From the NCBI GenBank assembly GCA_001661245.1, contig KV454017.1:124001-188000 (forward strand): a stretch of 64,000 nucleotides of DNA, written 5' to 3'. This stretch comes from Pachysolen tannophilus NRRL Y-2460. Its lineage: Eukaryota. Below the pieces are notes generated by a model that worked only from the letters and a program-made list of their open reading frames with translations, was not told where the DNA came from and searched no databases. Below, one piece after another: positions 41,626 to 52,598 of the stretch (its first letter is position 1; every line of letters starts with the position of its first letter). The position numbers and the translations under genes were made by a program.

Positions 41626-43143
41626 TTAAATGATCTTGCCATGCTTGACATCATTTCTTAATCTATAAAGAAACATACTTAATGCCAGAATAACCAAGAT
41701 TACAGTTATAATAATCCACCTGATTCTTGAATTAAGACTAGCTATAGCCTTACTTCCACTAACTGAAAGTTGATTAGTGGATTGCTGTGATAATTCTAAT
41801 TCACCTAGTTTATATATTATCTTATCGTAAAGATCATTGCTATTTCTGATAACTCTTGATTCTATTGATTCTAATTTTTTAGCTACATTAGAATTTATCA
41901 ATTTTTCAACTTCAATAAATTTCAGATTGACCATTCTGTCTATATTATCAATCATTTGACTTGTCTCTAATACTTTCATGGTGAGCTCTTTCAAGTGGTC
42001 AGAGTTTCCATTTACCGATTTAACCAAATTTTGATACTGATCTGCCGATTGAATAAGAGTTTCTTTATCGAAATTGCTACCTTTACCTTTATCACTTCCA
42101 ACACTCGATAACAAAATTGTTTGTAAATTCTCAATTTTGCTTAACAAATCCAGATTAGAACCTTCCACCAATGATAATTTATCCAAGATTTCACCAGTGT
42201 TATAAGTAGATGATGGCGTTTTCTTTACAGATTCTCTTAACCTTTGCTGCCTACTACTGAAATCTTGATATTTTGCAGCTGTTTCTGTAGGTTTTGCACC
42301 TGCACCCAAATCTTCAACAATTTTTGTAACAACTTTTGGTTGAGAAACCAAGATACCTTTATCTTCTAATTTTGCCTCTTCAGTAACTCTATTATAAGTT
42401 TCAAATTTTAAAAGTTCAAATTGTTCATGTTTTGTAGCAATTTTATTAGATTTAGCAGTTATACCTATTTTAAATTTACTCAAATCTTCAAATTTAATAA
42501 CTTCAGTATGGAAACAAAGACGATTATCAATACTTAATTTAAACCAACCTTGTTCATAACTTAATCTAAAAGTAGTTGGAACTTCAGATTTTTGGAAAGG
42601 TGAATAACATGTAGAAAAAGGAGTTGATAAATCAACAGGTTTCGAACCATCGTTTAAAAATGATCTGACTGAATTTGAAGCAATCAATATTTGCAATCCA
42701 TCATAAATGGCAGGTCCACCATAATTCACTTTAGAATTATCATGTTTCTGTACAAACCATATCGACAAACCTGCACCAGTATCACCGCCTGCATTACCTA
42801 TAGACCTCAAAGTGGTTTCAAATGTAAAACCATTTGAAAGAGAGACTGGGTCACGGTTCCAAATACCACCAATAATTTCATCTTCTTCTGAATTACTCAA
42901 ATAAAAATCTGTCTTTGGTGTTAAAACAAACCTGCCATTATCAAATTTGGTAGCATCACTAAAGTCCCAATTATAATTCTTTAACTCAGTAATGTCCTTC
43001 AATTGTGACAAGTTGATCAATGAACTTTCATCAACTAAATATTTAGAGTCTGGTGACTCTGCGAAAGCAAATGGAGATTGCAAAAATATCAACGACACCA
43101 CTACCAAAAAACATGAAACAATTGGCAATCCAATGATTCTCAT
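41626..43143 (-). CDS. EMP47: L-type lectin ER-Golgi cargo receptor (Emp46/Emp47/ERGIC-53-like)
   Basis: Signal peptide, GRFVLTP, YGGPAIYDGLQIL, FLNDGS, coiled coil, single TM, dilysine-like tail KHGKII. Confidence 0.75.
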   Translation of the reverse strand: MRIIGLPIVSCFLVVVSLIFLQSPFAFAESPDSKYLVDESSLINLSQLKDITELKNYNWDFSDATKFDNGRFVLTPKTDFYLSNSEEDEIIGGIWNRDPVSLSNGFTFETTLRSIGNAGGDTGAGLSIWFVQKHDNSKVNYGGPAIYDGLQILIASNSVRSFLNDGSKPVDLSTPFSTCYSPFQKSEVPTTFRLSYEQGWFKLSIDNRLCFHTEVIKFEDLSKFKIGITAKSNKIATKHEQFELLKFETYNRVTEEAKLEDKGILVSQPKVVTKIVEDLGAGAKPTETAAKYQDFSSRQQRLRESVKKTPSSTYNTGEILDKLSLVEGSNLDLLSKIENLQTILLSSVGSDKGKGSNFDKETLIQSADQYQNLVKSVNGNSDHLKELTMKVLETSQMIDNIDRMVNLKFIEVEKLINSNVAKKLESIESRVIRNSNDLYDKIIYKLGELELSQQSTNQLSVSGSKAIASLNSRIRWIIITVILVILALSMFLYRLRNDVKHGKII

Positions 43144-43442
43144 CTTCTCCTAATACAACTAATAAGAACTAGCAAACAACTTTTCAACAGGCTTATAGTG
43201 TTAAAAAAGATTATTATTTCAAATGTTTTACTGGTTGGTTTCTTTTTAATCATCATCGCCTATTTTCCACATTTTCATAGGTGGTCCATTATCAGACACT
43301 ACTTTTGGAAGAGCACCAGGAACATAATACCGACGACAATAGGTCTGGAAAACCAGCTACAAAGACAGAGGAGAGGTTATTCTGTTGTCATTTATTCACT
43401 ATTCACTATTCACTATATACTTGAGTTTCTTTTTCTTTTTAA

Positions 43443-46064
43443 CTAGAATGAAATTCCATTTTCAATTCTTCTTATGGCTTTCAATAGGATATTAATCCAT
43501 TTCACAGCGTTTTCAAAATCACCATCTTCGACGGCTTCTCTTAAGCCAGGGAGTGATTGTCCCTCGTAACCGGTATATCTACCAGAAGCATAGATCATAT
43601 GCTTGTACCACGATCTATTGATTAGGCCTTCATCATGTAAGAAATTTCTTTCAAAATATTTCAATTTCAAGTTGTTCAACTTGATCTTGAAGAAGAGTTT
43701 CAATTTAGACCATAGTTTTAGAGTATTTAAATCATTAAATTCTTCTTGTAGTCTGGATAAGTATAAGTCATACTCACTCATGGATTTGTCAAATTCTGAG
43801 AGTTTATTTGAAGTGAATTGTAACAATTCTTTGAAATTTAACTTGGAATTAGGAAAATTATGATGACGATTATCAGAATGATGATCACGAACATGATCCT
43901 GACCATATTCATCTTCATGTTCATGACCATAACTATGAACATCTTGATCAAAATCCTGGATTGACTGTTTACCCTGATAAACTACTCCAACATTTCCTCT
44001 TAACTTGTCAATAATATTATTAAAATATTGTCTTAAATTGATCTTGTGGTAAACTCTTTTAGTCAATTTCCGTAAAATCAGATCATAATTATGATCATTC
44101 AAATCAAAATCTTTGATTTTCCTATCATTCCAATTTGATGGAATTAATTTAGAAATTTCATCAAAATAAATTTTAATCTTTGCAGAGTTATCACCAAGTT
44201 TAAAATCAATAACTTCATGTTCTGATAATTGTAATATCATTAAGCCTAGAAATTTGCTAATGGTATTGTGATAGACAAATCCAGGATCAATCAAAGTAGA
44301 CATCCAGTGGTATGAATCATAGTTGGAATGGTAATGATAAACCAGATCTTTCTCGCTATTACCAAATCCAAGATCTACTGAAGGAATACCAAGATGATCT
44401 AATGCTGCACAATAATCTGATCCACTGCCCAATATTCCAATATTCCAATTTTGTTCCTTCTCATAATGGTCATATAAAGTTTGTTTACCCAGTTTATCTC
44501 CAGGATATTTGACGAATTTGGAAACATCTTTTAAAATCTTAAACAATGATGGAGAACTTTCCATGTTTAAATGAGTTCCGCTAACTGCAACATCCACATT
44601 GTAATAAGCAACAATTTTTTTCTGTAATTCAGATGAATGATTTTCCATATATTCTGTTGAACCAAGTAAACCTATTTCTTCACCATCCCAACTTGCAAAG
44701 ACGATTGTTCTTAATGGTTTAAAACCAATATCAGTTAATGCTTTGAAACCTCTTATAATTTCTAATAACGATGCAGACCCAGAATTTGGATCGCTTGCTC
44801 CACCAACAATCCATGCATCACGATGATTACCTACTAAAATGACTTCATCTTTAATATAACCTTCCAACTCACCAATAACATCAAATATTGGTGAAATTGT
44901 ATAATTTTGATTATTGTATAAATTTAAAACATAATTTTGATTTGGACCAATACTATAATCATAATCTGGTAATCCACCAATAAAATCTTTTGAAATTTTA
45001 TTTGAAGGTAATCCAAAACCATTTAATTTAGCCAATATAGGTTCCACATCTCTAAAACTTATTGGTAAACTTGGTATAGTTGGTATTGAACGATGTGGAT
45101 CTTTTCTTTCAACACCTGGTAAACTTGCAAAACCTGGAGTAGTGGGATCACCTGGAGCATTAGAAAGGTACATAACTGAACCTCTTTGAACACTTGAAGG
45201 GTTTCTTGCAGGTCCATCGGGGTATGCAGCATATCCATTTTCTGTTGTTATTCCATGATCATCACCTGGGTCAGAATATAACAATACACCTACAGCACCA
45301 TTTTCTTGAGCAAATTTCACTTTTAAACCACGATGAATTTCACCATATCTTGCAATTACAATTTTCCCATTTATTGAAATATTATTTTCAATTAATTTAA
45401 TAAAATCTTCTTTTCTACCATAATTAACATAAATATATTCTGCCGTTACATTACCATTTGCTGAATAACCATGGAAAGTTGGTACTAAGTTTCCACCAAA
45501 AGTTGTTGGATCATCTTCCAATTCATCTTCTTTTAACGAAGGAATATATTCAATTTCATTATTTTTTTCTTTAATCAATTTTAATGATTGTTCAATTGGA
45601 GTATTTAAATAGCAATTATAAGTTTCTACCCAAGTTTTCAATCCAAATTCTTGAAATTTTTGACTTGTAAAATCAACTAATTCTTGACCTTCACCAGCAA
45701 GATGTCTAATACCACTAGCAGTATAAATCAGAGACCAATTACCAGCAAGATTTTCATCATCTAATTTTTGTAAAAAAGTATCAAATAATTTCAGTTTTGG
45801 AATTCTTTTAAAATTGAAAACATTAAAACATAATTTATCAATTGCTAAAAAATTGATCAAAATTAAAATTGAAACTCCAAAAAGAGTTAAAACCAGAAAC
45901 CTACTCTTAGCATTATAACACCAACGTTGTCTTTTCATAACTAACCTTCTTCTACCATTGTTGCTTGATTGTAAAAGAGGTTCAATCTCTCCACCAGTTT
46001 CACCTGTACCACCAATTCCACCAATTCCACCAGTATTAGCATCTGAATAATTATTCAGAGACAT
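43443..46064 (-). CDS. VPS70: Glutamate carboxypeptidase II / transferrin-receptor-like M28 protein
   Basis: Type II TM, PA domain (YVNYGRKEDF), GNHRDAW, GASDPNSG, SWDGEEIGLLGSTE, YHYHSNYDS, TfR dimer domain RSWYKHMIYA. Confidence 0.85.
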   Translation of the reverse strand: MSLNNYSDANTGGIGGIGGTGETGGEIEPLLQSSNNGRRRLVMKRQRWCYNAKSRFLVLTLFGVSILILINFLAIDKLCFNVFNFKRIPKLKLFDTFLQKLDDENLAGNWSLIYTASGIRHLAGEGQELVDFTSQKFQEFGLKTWVETYNCYLNTPIEQSLKLIKEKNNEIEYIPSLKEDELEDDPTTFGGNLVPTFHGYSANGNVTAEYIYVNYGRKEDFIKLIENNISINGKIVIARYGEIHRGLKVKFAQENGAVGVLLYSDPGDDHGITTENGYAAYPDGPARNPSSVQRGSVMYLSNAPGDPTTPGFASLPGVERKDPHRSIPTIPSLPISFRDVEPILAKLNGFGLPSNKISKDFIGGLPDYDYSIGPNQNYVLNLYNNQNYTISPIFDVIGELEGYIKDEVILVGNHRDAWIVGGASDPNSGSASLLEIIRGFKALTDIGFKPLRTIVFASWDGEEIGLLGSTEYMENHSSELQKKIVAYYNVDVAVSGTHLNMESSPSLFKILKDVSKFVKYPGDKLGKQTLYDHYEKEQNWNIGILGSGSDYCAALDHLGIPSVDLGFGNSEKDLVYHYHSNYDSYHWMSTLIDPGFVYHNTISKFLGLMILQLSEHEVIDFKLGDNSAKIKIYFDEISKLIPSNWNDRKIKDFDLNDHNYDLILRKLTKRVYHKINLRQYFNNIIDKLRGNVGVVYQGKQSIQDFDQDVHSYGHEHEDEYGQDHVRDHHSDNRHHNFPNSKLNFKELLQFTSNKLSEFDKSMSEYDLYLSRLQEEFNDLNTLKLWSKLKLFFKIKLNNLKLKYFERNFLHDEGLINRSWYKHMIYASGRYTGYEGQSLPGLREAVEDGDFENAVKWINILLKAIRRIENGISF

Positions 46065-46471
46065 CTTCTATTCAATACTCTTTACCTACTCTTTATCTAC
46101 TCTTTACCTACTCTTTCTTACCTACTACTCTTGATACTTTTTTTTTCTCTCACAATTATCTTTTTATTCTTATCGTCGGCCGTTATCTTTCTGTCGCCGG
46201 CGTCAGCAGCAATAGCCTCGAAAATGGACCATTTCGCAATCAGCACACTACCGCCAATTGGTGCAACTGTTCCTTTCACACACTGTATCAACCAACCAAA
46301 TTTTACTATACACAAAAAAACTCAAAAGAACAGAACAATTTCAAATCAAATTAAAAAAAAAACACTTATATATATACGCTGTAATGTGTAGAAAATAAAA
46401 GAAAATAGAATATATAAAGTGTGTGTATGTGTATGTGTATGTGTGTTTACTCTTTTGTACACTGTTTTGGT

Positions 46472-47191
46472 TCATTCTTTTCTCTTTTTTGAGCTTGGAC
46501 CTTCATTGTTTAAATCGTTATTTTCCTTTATATGTTGGATATGTTGATGAACAGCTTCTGTAACCAATTCTCTTAATGCTTCTTCAGGGTTTTCACTTTC
46601 TACAATTTTTTTCAATTTATTTTCTCTTCCTTCTTCACTTAACCCACTTAATATACTAATTTCATTATCATTTTGACTATGAGGCAGAGGTAATGGTTCA
46701 TCTTCATATTTATACTGGATCTGGTGTCCACCAATGGTTTCCCCAGGTTCAGGTAAAGAATCTAAAAAGGAATTATTGTTATTATTATTATTATTATTTT
46801 CCGTATCTTCACCATTTTTATATTCCAATGATCTTAAATATTCTGCAATTTCAGGGAACTCATCTTCTTCTTCTATATTACGATACAGAGTCTTACCGCT
46901 ATGATTTTTCACCATATAATCAGCTTTCAATTGTTCAATCAAAAACTTTGCCACTCTTAAATCTTCAACATGATGAAGAGGTGTATCACCATCTGCATCT
47001 TGAATATTAATATCTCCTCCTTTAGAAATCAAATAAGTTAATAACTCTATATGCCCATACGAAGTGGCAGCATGAATCGGTGTATACCCATTAATATCCT
47101 TTGAATTAGGAGTAAATTCTCCACTATCAATATAATTCTTAACTAATCCAATTTGATTATCTGAAGCAGCAACCCAAATATTAGCTACCAT
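46472..47191 (-). CDS. Ankyrin-repeat protein (YCR051W-like)
   Basis: NIWVAASD, DINGYTPIHAATSYGH, DADGDTPLHHVED; syntenic position. Confidence 0.9.
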   Translation of the reverse strand: MVANIWVAASDNQIGLVKNYIDSGEFTPNSKDINGYTPIHAATSYGHIELLTYLISKGGDINIQDADGDTPLHHVEDLRVAKFLIEQLKADYMVKNHSGKTLYRNIEEEDEFPEIAEYLRSLEYKNGEDTENNNNNNNNNSFLDSLPEPGETIGGHQIQYKYEDEPLPLPHSQNDNEISILSGLSEEGRENKLKKIVESENPEEALRELVTEAVHQHIQHIKENNDLNNEGPSSKKRKE

Positions 47192-47235
47192 TCTTTAATT
47201 TCAATTCTAATTTCTAATAATTAAAAAAAAAAAAA

Positions 47236-47269
<34 letters not shown>

Positions 47270-47535
47270 TACAATTATTACTACTCTATCTGGCTTTAAC
47301 CCTTCAAGCAAACCTTCAATTTCTTCTTCTTTTTTAAACAAAACCTTTTTTGTTGTTTTAAATGTTTTTTTGTTTAAAATTTTTTTTTAAAAATAGAATT
47401 TTTCTCTTTTTCTTTTTTTTTTCATCAAAAATCACCAAAATGATGAAAAAACGATTTGATTAAAATATAAATTTTAAAGAAATTTGAAGTTGAATTTGGA
47501 TCTGTTTTTTATTTGGTTAGAGAGCTATTGAGAAG

Positions 47536-48252
47536 ATGTCTTTAGATGGTAGTAATAAGGGTAGTAATAAAGGTAGTGATGGTAATGATGGTGATGATGG
47601 GATATCATGGTTTACTTCTTTAAAGTACAAGACAGGACTTGGTACATTATCAGAAAAGGATAAAGTTGAATATGAATTTAAGAAAAATAATGAAAAGAAA
47701 TTAAAGGATTGTCAGGCATGTTATGAATATCGTGATTGGATGTTAAGTTATTCACCTACTGTAAGATTTATGATTGAACAGATTGATAAAGTTGCTAAAA
47801 ATTCAAATGAGAAATTTTCAAGTCAAAAAATTGTATGTGAAGAATGTAATGATAATACAAAAGGTGGTGGGTTTCATCCAGAATTAGGAATATTGATTTG
47901 TCAAGATAAAATTTTAGATAAATGGCATTTAGAAGATACTTTAAGTCATGAATTGATTCATTATTATGATAATTTAAAATTTAAAGTTGATTGGTTTAAT
48001 TTAAAACATCATCTGTGTTCTGAAATTCGTGCATCTTCATTAAGTGGTGAATGTAGAATAATGGCACAATTTTGGAGAGCTGCAATTAAAAATTTTAGTA
48101 GAGGTCATCAAGCATGTGTTAAGAGAAGAGCTATATTATCTGTTCAAGCAAATCCAAATTGTCATGGGAAAGAAGAAGCAGAAAAAATTGTTAATGAAGT
48201 TTGGGAAAGTTGTTTTAATGATACAAGACCATTTGAAGAGATTTATCGTTAA
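47536..48252 (+). CDS. ATP23: Mitochondrial inner membrane metalloprotease Atp23
   Basis: GGFHPELGILICQ, HELIH zinc motif, HH(A)CSEIRASSLSGEC, CFNDTRPFEEIYR. Confidence 0.97.
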   Translation: MSLDGSNKGSNKGSDGNDGDDGISWFTSLKYKTGLGTLSEKDKVEYEFKKNNEKKLKDCQACYEYRDWMLSYSPTVRFMIEQIDKVAKNSNEKFSSQKIVCEECNDNTKGGGFHPELGILICQDKILDKWHLEDTLSHELIHYYDNLKFKVDWFNLKHHLCSEIRASSLSGECRIMAQFWRAAIKNFSRGHQACVKRRAILSVQANPNCHGKEEAEKIVNEVWESCFNDTRPFEEIYR

Positions 48253-48480
48253 CGTTAAAAATGGCAAAAAATACTACATTATCTATAGAAACTTGTAAAT
48301 ATATTTGAATTTGAAGAAAGGAAAAAAACACTGATACAGCAAGAATTGAAAAAAGAAAAAGAAAGACAAAGAAGAAAAGGAAGAAGAAGAAACTGATGAA
48401 TCAGACAAATAAATAATTGGAAAAAAACATATTCTTTATAAAGTTTTCTTTAATTTATTTCAAAATTGTTATTATTATTA

Positions 48481-50283
48481 TTAGAAGGTTAAATATAATG
48501 AACACATTAAACTTGGTCCTGTAGCAATTCCAAACCAAAAGATAATATTACCAAAAATTTTTTTATCTTTTAAATATTTGCTTCTGGAAATACTAACTAA
48601 TGGTAATTGAAACATTTGTAAAAGTAATAAATATCCTCTTAATTTACCAAATATAACAAACATAACTAATTCATGGATTAAACTACTCAAGAAAAAAGTT
48701 ATGAAAGTTGCATTCATTTTTGATAATTTTAAAGCACTTATTGATGAATGATAAACATGTCTTAATAAAAATTCATGAACTGGAATATTCCATAATCTTG
48801 CAAATTCATCCCATGTAACACAATTCCACCATTCTCCATAAAATCTTCTATCTGCAAACATTGATAATTCTGCAATTGCATTTAAAATTAATTCCCATAT
48901 AAGGTACCAGACCAGCAAGTACATCAGTAAAAAAGGTGTCATAAGATCAAATAATAATAATGGATAATTTTTAATTCTTTCAATCATTGGTAATGAACGT
49001 AATGTAATAGCTTTTAAACTTAATGGATAAATCCAAGTTTGAGCAATTAAAACCATTATAAAAATTGTACCAAATATACGTAAAATTTTACCTAAAACAT
49101 AATTCCATCTAATATTTTTAGTTCTAGGATATTCAATTACATATACAACAGTTGGAAACATTGTATATTGGAAAAAATTATTTAAACAAATATTATTTGG
49201 AAATTTTAAATCTTTTGTTTGATAATTAAGTTCAAATTCACAAAAATTTATACTTTCTTTTAAAGATTTTAAAGTATCAAAATCAATTTCAATTTCTTTA
49301 TATTTTAATAAATAATTTTTACTAAAATTTAATTCTTCAGTTATATTCCATAAATAACCATTATAAAAAGCATATGAATGCATTTTCATCAACATTACTA
49401 AAGAATGAAGACATAAAAATACTTTACCAATCCAAGAATATTTATGATATTCAGCAAACCAAAGGAAAAAAAATAAAAAGAAAAATTGATAAATATTTTG
49501 TAAAATTAAACCAATTTTATTCCAATTTATAAAATTTTTTTTAATTAATAATTGTAAAAAAAATGATCCATACATTGATAAATACATTAATAAATCTGTT
49601 AAACCAATTTTAATTAAATCTGTTTTTAACATAACCATAATTGGTGCATTTAAAATTGAACCTTTTTCAAGATGATAATGAACTAAAGTATTACAAAATA
49701 ATAATGAAATTGCAAACCAGAAAAGTATATAAAATCCATAAAATTTAGAACTTATAATTATTTCTGATTCAAAAATTGTTTTATTTTGAACAAATTTAAC
49801 ATCGGAAAATCTCGATCTTAATTTACCATCTCTATCATATCTAATTGAATGCATTGGATTAAGCAAACCTTTAGAATTCAGTGGTCCAACAACCAGTGGA
49901 CTAGAACCTTCTTCTTCTTTCTTGTTTTTTTGTTTCTTATTACGAAGAAACAAAGAATTACCATTTACATTAGCACCACTAGCACCACTAGCACCACTAG
50001 CTGCACTAGCTGCACTTGCTAAAACTTGTTCCGTAGCATTCTCTGTAGAATTCTCTAAAGAATGCTCTGAAGCATCTGCCAAAACGTGCTTTATAGCATG
50101 CTCGGTAGCATTCATCACAAATGGAGGTGGTGTTCCACTAGGAGTAGGAGATTCTAATACACTTGTTGAAGAATACTCATCACTATCATAAACACTTTTC
50201 CTAGGCTTATCCTTATTCAAACTCTTAATCTGTTCAACTTTTAACTCAGTATTGGATCGCTTCACTTCCCCTTTATCCAGCAT
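48481..50283 (-). CDS. ARE2: Sterol O-acyltransferase (MBOAT)
   Basis: MLMKMHSYAFYNG, FYGEWWNC, WNIPVHEFLLRHVY, GPSLMCSLYLTF; ATG 50283; single ARE1/ARE2 ortholog. Confidence 0.93.
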   Translation of the reverse strand: MLDKGEVKRSNTELKVEQIKSLNKDKPRKSVYDSDEYSSTSVLESPTPSGTPPPFVMNATEHAIKHVLADASEHSLENSTENATEQVLASAASAASGASGASGANVNGNSLFLRNKKQKNKKEEEGSSPLVVGPLNSKGLLNPMHSIRYDRDGKLRSRFSDVKFVQNKTIFESEIIISSKFYGFYILFWFAISLLFCNTLVHYHLEKGSILNAPIMVMLKTDLIKIGLTDLLMYLSMYGSFFLQLLIKKNFINWNKIGLILQNIYQFFFLFFFLWFAEYHKYSWIGKVFLCLHSLVMLMKMHSYAFYNGYLWNITEELNFSKNYLLKYKEIEIDFDTLKSLKESINFCEFELNYQTKDLKFPNNICLNNFFQYTMFPTVVYVIEYPRTKNIRWNYVLGKILRIFGTIFIMVLIAQTWIYPLSLKAITLRSLPMIERIKNYPLLLFDLMTPFLLMYLLVWYLIWELILNAIAELSMFADRRFYGEWWNCVTWDEFARLWNIPVHEFLLRHVYHSSISALKLSKMNATFITFFLSSLIHELVMFVIFGKLRGYLLLLQMFQLPLVSISRSKYLKDKKIFGNIIFWFGIATGPSLMCSLYLTF

Positions 50284-50526
50284 CTTCCAACATTCAATTC
50301 TATACAAGCTTTCCTATTCTTCTCTTTCTTCTTAAATTAATTAATTAAATTGTTTTATAAAAAGGATGAGAAAACCTATCTTTGAAACGCACAAATAAAA
50401 ATAAAAATATAAAAAAAAATTAAAAGAAAAAAATTTTTATTAAATTTAAAAATTTATTTAAAATTCATTTTTAAAAGAATTTTGTTTTAAATAAAAGAGA
50501 GCTTTAGAGAGTCTTAGAGTCTGAGA

Positions 50527-51336
50527 ATGTCCCGTCCAGAACAGATTGCTCCACCTGAAGTTTTTTATAATGATTCTGAATCTTTTAAATATACGAATAA
50601 TTCTAGAGTTATGAAAATTCAAGCTCAAATGACTGATAGATCTTTAGAACTTTTAAATTTGAATAATACATCTGATTTATTTTTGATTGATGTTGGATGT
50701 GGGTCTGGTCTTTCTGGAGAGATATTGACTGAAAGAGGGTTTCAATGGGTTGGGTTAGATATTTCTCCTTCTATGTTGGCTAATGGGTTAGATAAAGAAG
50801 TTGAAGGTGATTTATTTTTAAGTGATATAGGAAATGGTATACCTTTTAGAGCAGGAACATTTGATGCAGGGATATCGATTTCAGCTATTCAATGGCTTTG
50901 TAATGCAGATTCATCTAATGCTGACCCAAAGAAAAGACTTTTAAGATTTTTTAATACTTTATATTCATCTTTAAAACGTGGTGGGAAATTTGTTGCTCAA
51001 TTTTATCCACTGAATGATAATCAAATTGAACAAATTACTTCAAGTGCCAAAACCGCAGGATTTCAAGGTGGAATTATAGTTGATGATCCTGAAAGTAAAA
51101 AAAATAAAAAACATTATCTTGTATTAACAGCAGGTGTTAGTGAAAGACAAATTAATTTAAAAGGTGTTACTATAGAACAAAAAAATGAAAATTCAAAATT
51201 AAAATCAAAATCAAAAAGACAAGTTGAAACAAGAAAAGAATATATTAATAGAAAGAAAGAATTAATGACGAAAAGAGGTAAGAAAGTTGCTAATGATTCA
51301 AAATTTACTGCAAGAAAGAGACGTCCTAAATTTTAA
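50527..51336 (+). CDS. BUD23: 18S rRNA G1575 m7G methyltransferase
   Basis: MSRPEQIAPPEVFYND, DVGCGSGLSG, SISAIQWLCNA, FTARKRRPKF; PAC GATGAG at 50365 and RRPE-like run near 50426 upstream. Confidence 0.98.
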   Translation: MSRPEQIAPPEVFYNDSESFKYTNNSRVMKIQAQMTDRSLELLNLNNTSDLFLIDVGCGSGLSGEILTERGFQWVGLDISPSMLANGLDKEVEGDLFLSDIGNGIPFRAGTFDAGISISAIQWLCNADSSNADPKKRLLRFFNTLYSSLKRGGKFVAQFYPLNDNQIEQITSSAKTAGFQGGIIVDDPESKKNKKHYLVLTAGVSERQINLKGVTIEQKNENSKLKSKSKRQVETRKEYINRKKELMTKRGKKVANDSKFTARKRRPKF

Positions 51337-51678
51337 TTTAATAATAATAATAAAAAACAACATTTTTTCGGTTTTTTTTTGGATTTATAACATTACACCA
51401 GCAATAACCTTTTACCCATACCTTCTACCACACCCTGAACCATCTCCAAAGCATCTCCCTTGTAACTTGTAATCTCTCTGTAACTGTTGTTGTCGTTGTT
51501 GTCGTTGTCGTTCTCAGCCTATTCAGAAGTATCTGCCATTCCATTTGTGGGCAAATAATGAAATTTTTTTCCCACCAAAAAAAAAAACTGAAGCGCCGAC
51601 GACAACAAATAAAAGAGAAATTATATAGATATAACTTGTAATTTATATATAAATATCGATAAAGATTCTAGGTTGGAA

Positions 51679-52277
51679 ATGTTTTCATTAAGTAGGAAAA
51701 GAGTATTAGGTTTACCTTTATTGATTAATCAAAGAGTTGGTTTTAAAACTCAAACTAGTAAGTATTAAAATGTAATTTAAAATTTATTTAAACTTGTTTT
51801 TACTAATCTTATAAAATGTTTTAATGATTTTTTTTTTTAGAAACGATAAAAGTTTATGAACCTTTACCAAATGCACATAAGGACGGTAAACCATTAATGG
51901 ATGTTATTAGAGCAGATCAGTATAAGAAGTTGGATCCTTCTGGGATAAAGCAAAAACTTTTGGATTCGAAAAATCCTACAAGATTAAGGTCTGGTGATAT
52001 AGTAAGAATTAATTATAAAAATAATATCAAACCATCAATAACAGGAATGATCATTGCACTCAATAGAGCAGGTTTGGAATCAAATTTACTTTTAAGAAAT
52101 CAAGTTACCAAAATTGGTGTTGAACTTCGAGTATCTGTTTTTAATCCAATCATTGAAAGAATAGATATCTTGAGAAAACCAATGACTTATAGACCAAGAA
52201 ATAAACTATACTACATCAGAAATAATAGATTGGATGTTGGCGACTTGGAGAACGTCAAGGGAAAGAAACTTCTTTGA
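51679..52277 (+). CDS. IMG1: Mitochondrial ribosomal protein bL19m, intron-containing
   Basis: join(51679..51757,51841..52277): GTAAGT 51758, TACTAAT 51801, TAG 51840, phases match. LRSGDIVRI, LLRNQVTKIGVE, RNKLYYIR. Confidence 0.9.
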
Positions 52278-52598
52278 ATAAATTTCATAATTTATATCCC
52301 CTTTGTCTAGTTAATCACTTGTATATAGCTGTCGTTGTCGTTGTCGTTGTCGTTGGTACCTAAATTGGGTCATATTGTGACCCAATTTTATATCGAAAAA
52401 AGGTCGTTGCTGATAAATCAAAAAAAAATCTTTATGTCCTCTTTTTAATAAAACCGTTGAACTTTTCAAGTTTTGTAGTATTATATATTTATGAATATAT
52501 ATATATATTTATAAATATATTTGATATTTGATATTTGATATTTGTTAATTAATATTTAATATATCAGTAATTGTTGTGTAAAAATTGTGATTGATATA

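Noticed and set aside
51391..51484. C-rich stretch with Rap1/telomere-like words (ACCCATACC, ACACCC)
   Set aside because: No tandem repeat unit and only partial motif matches
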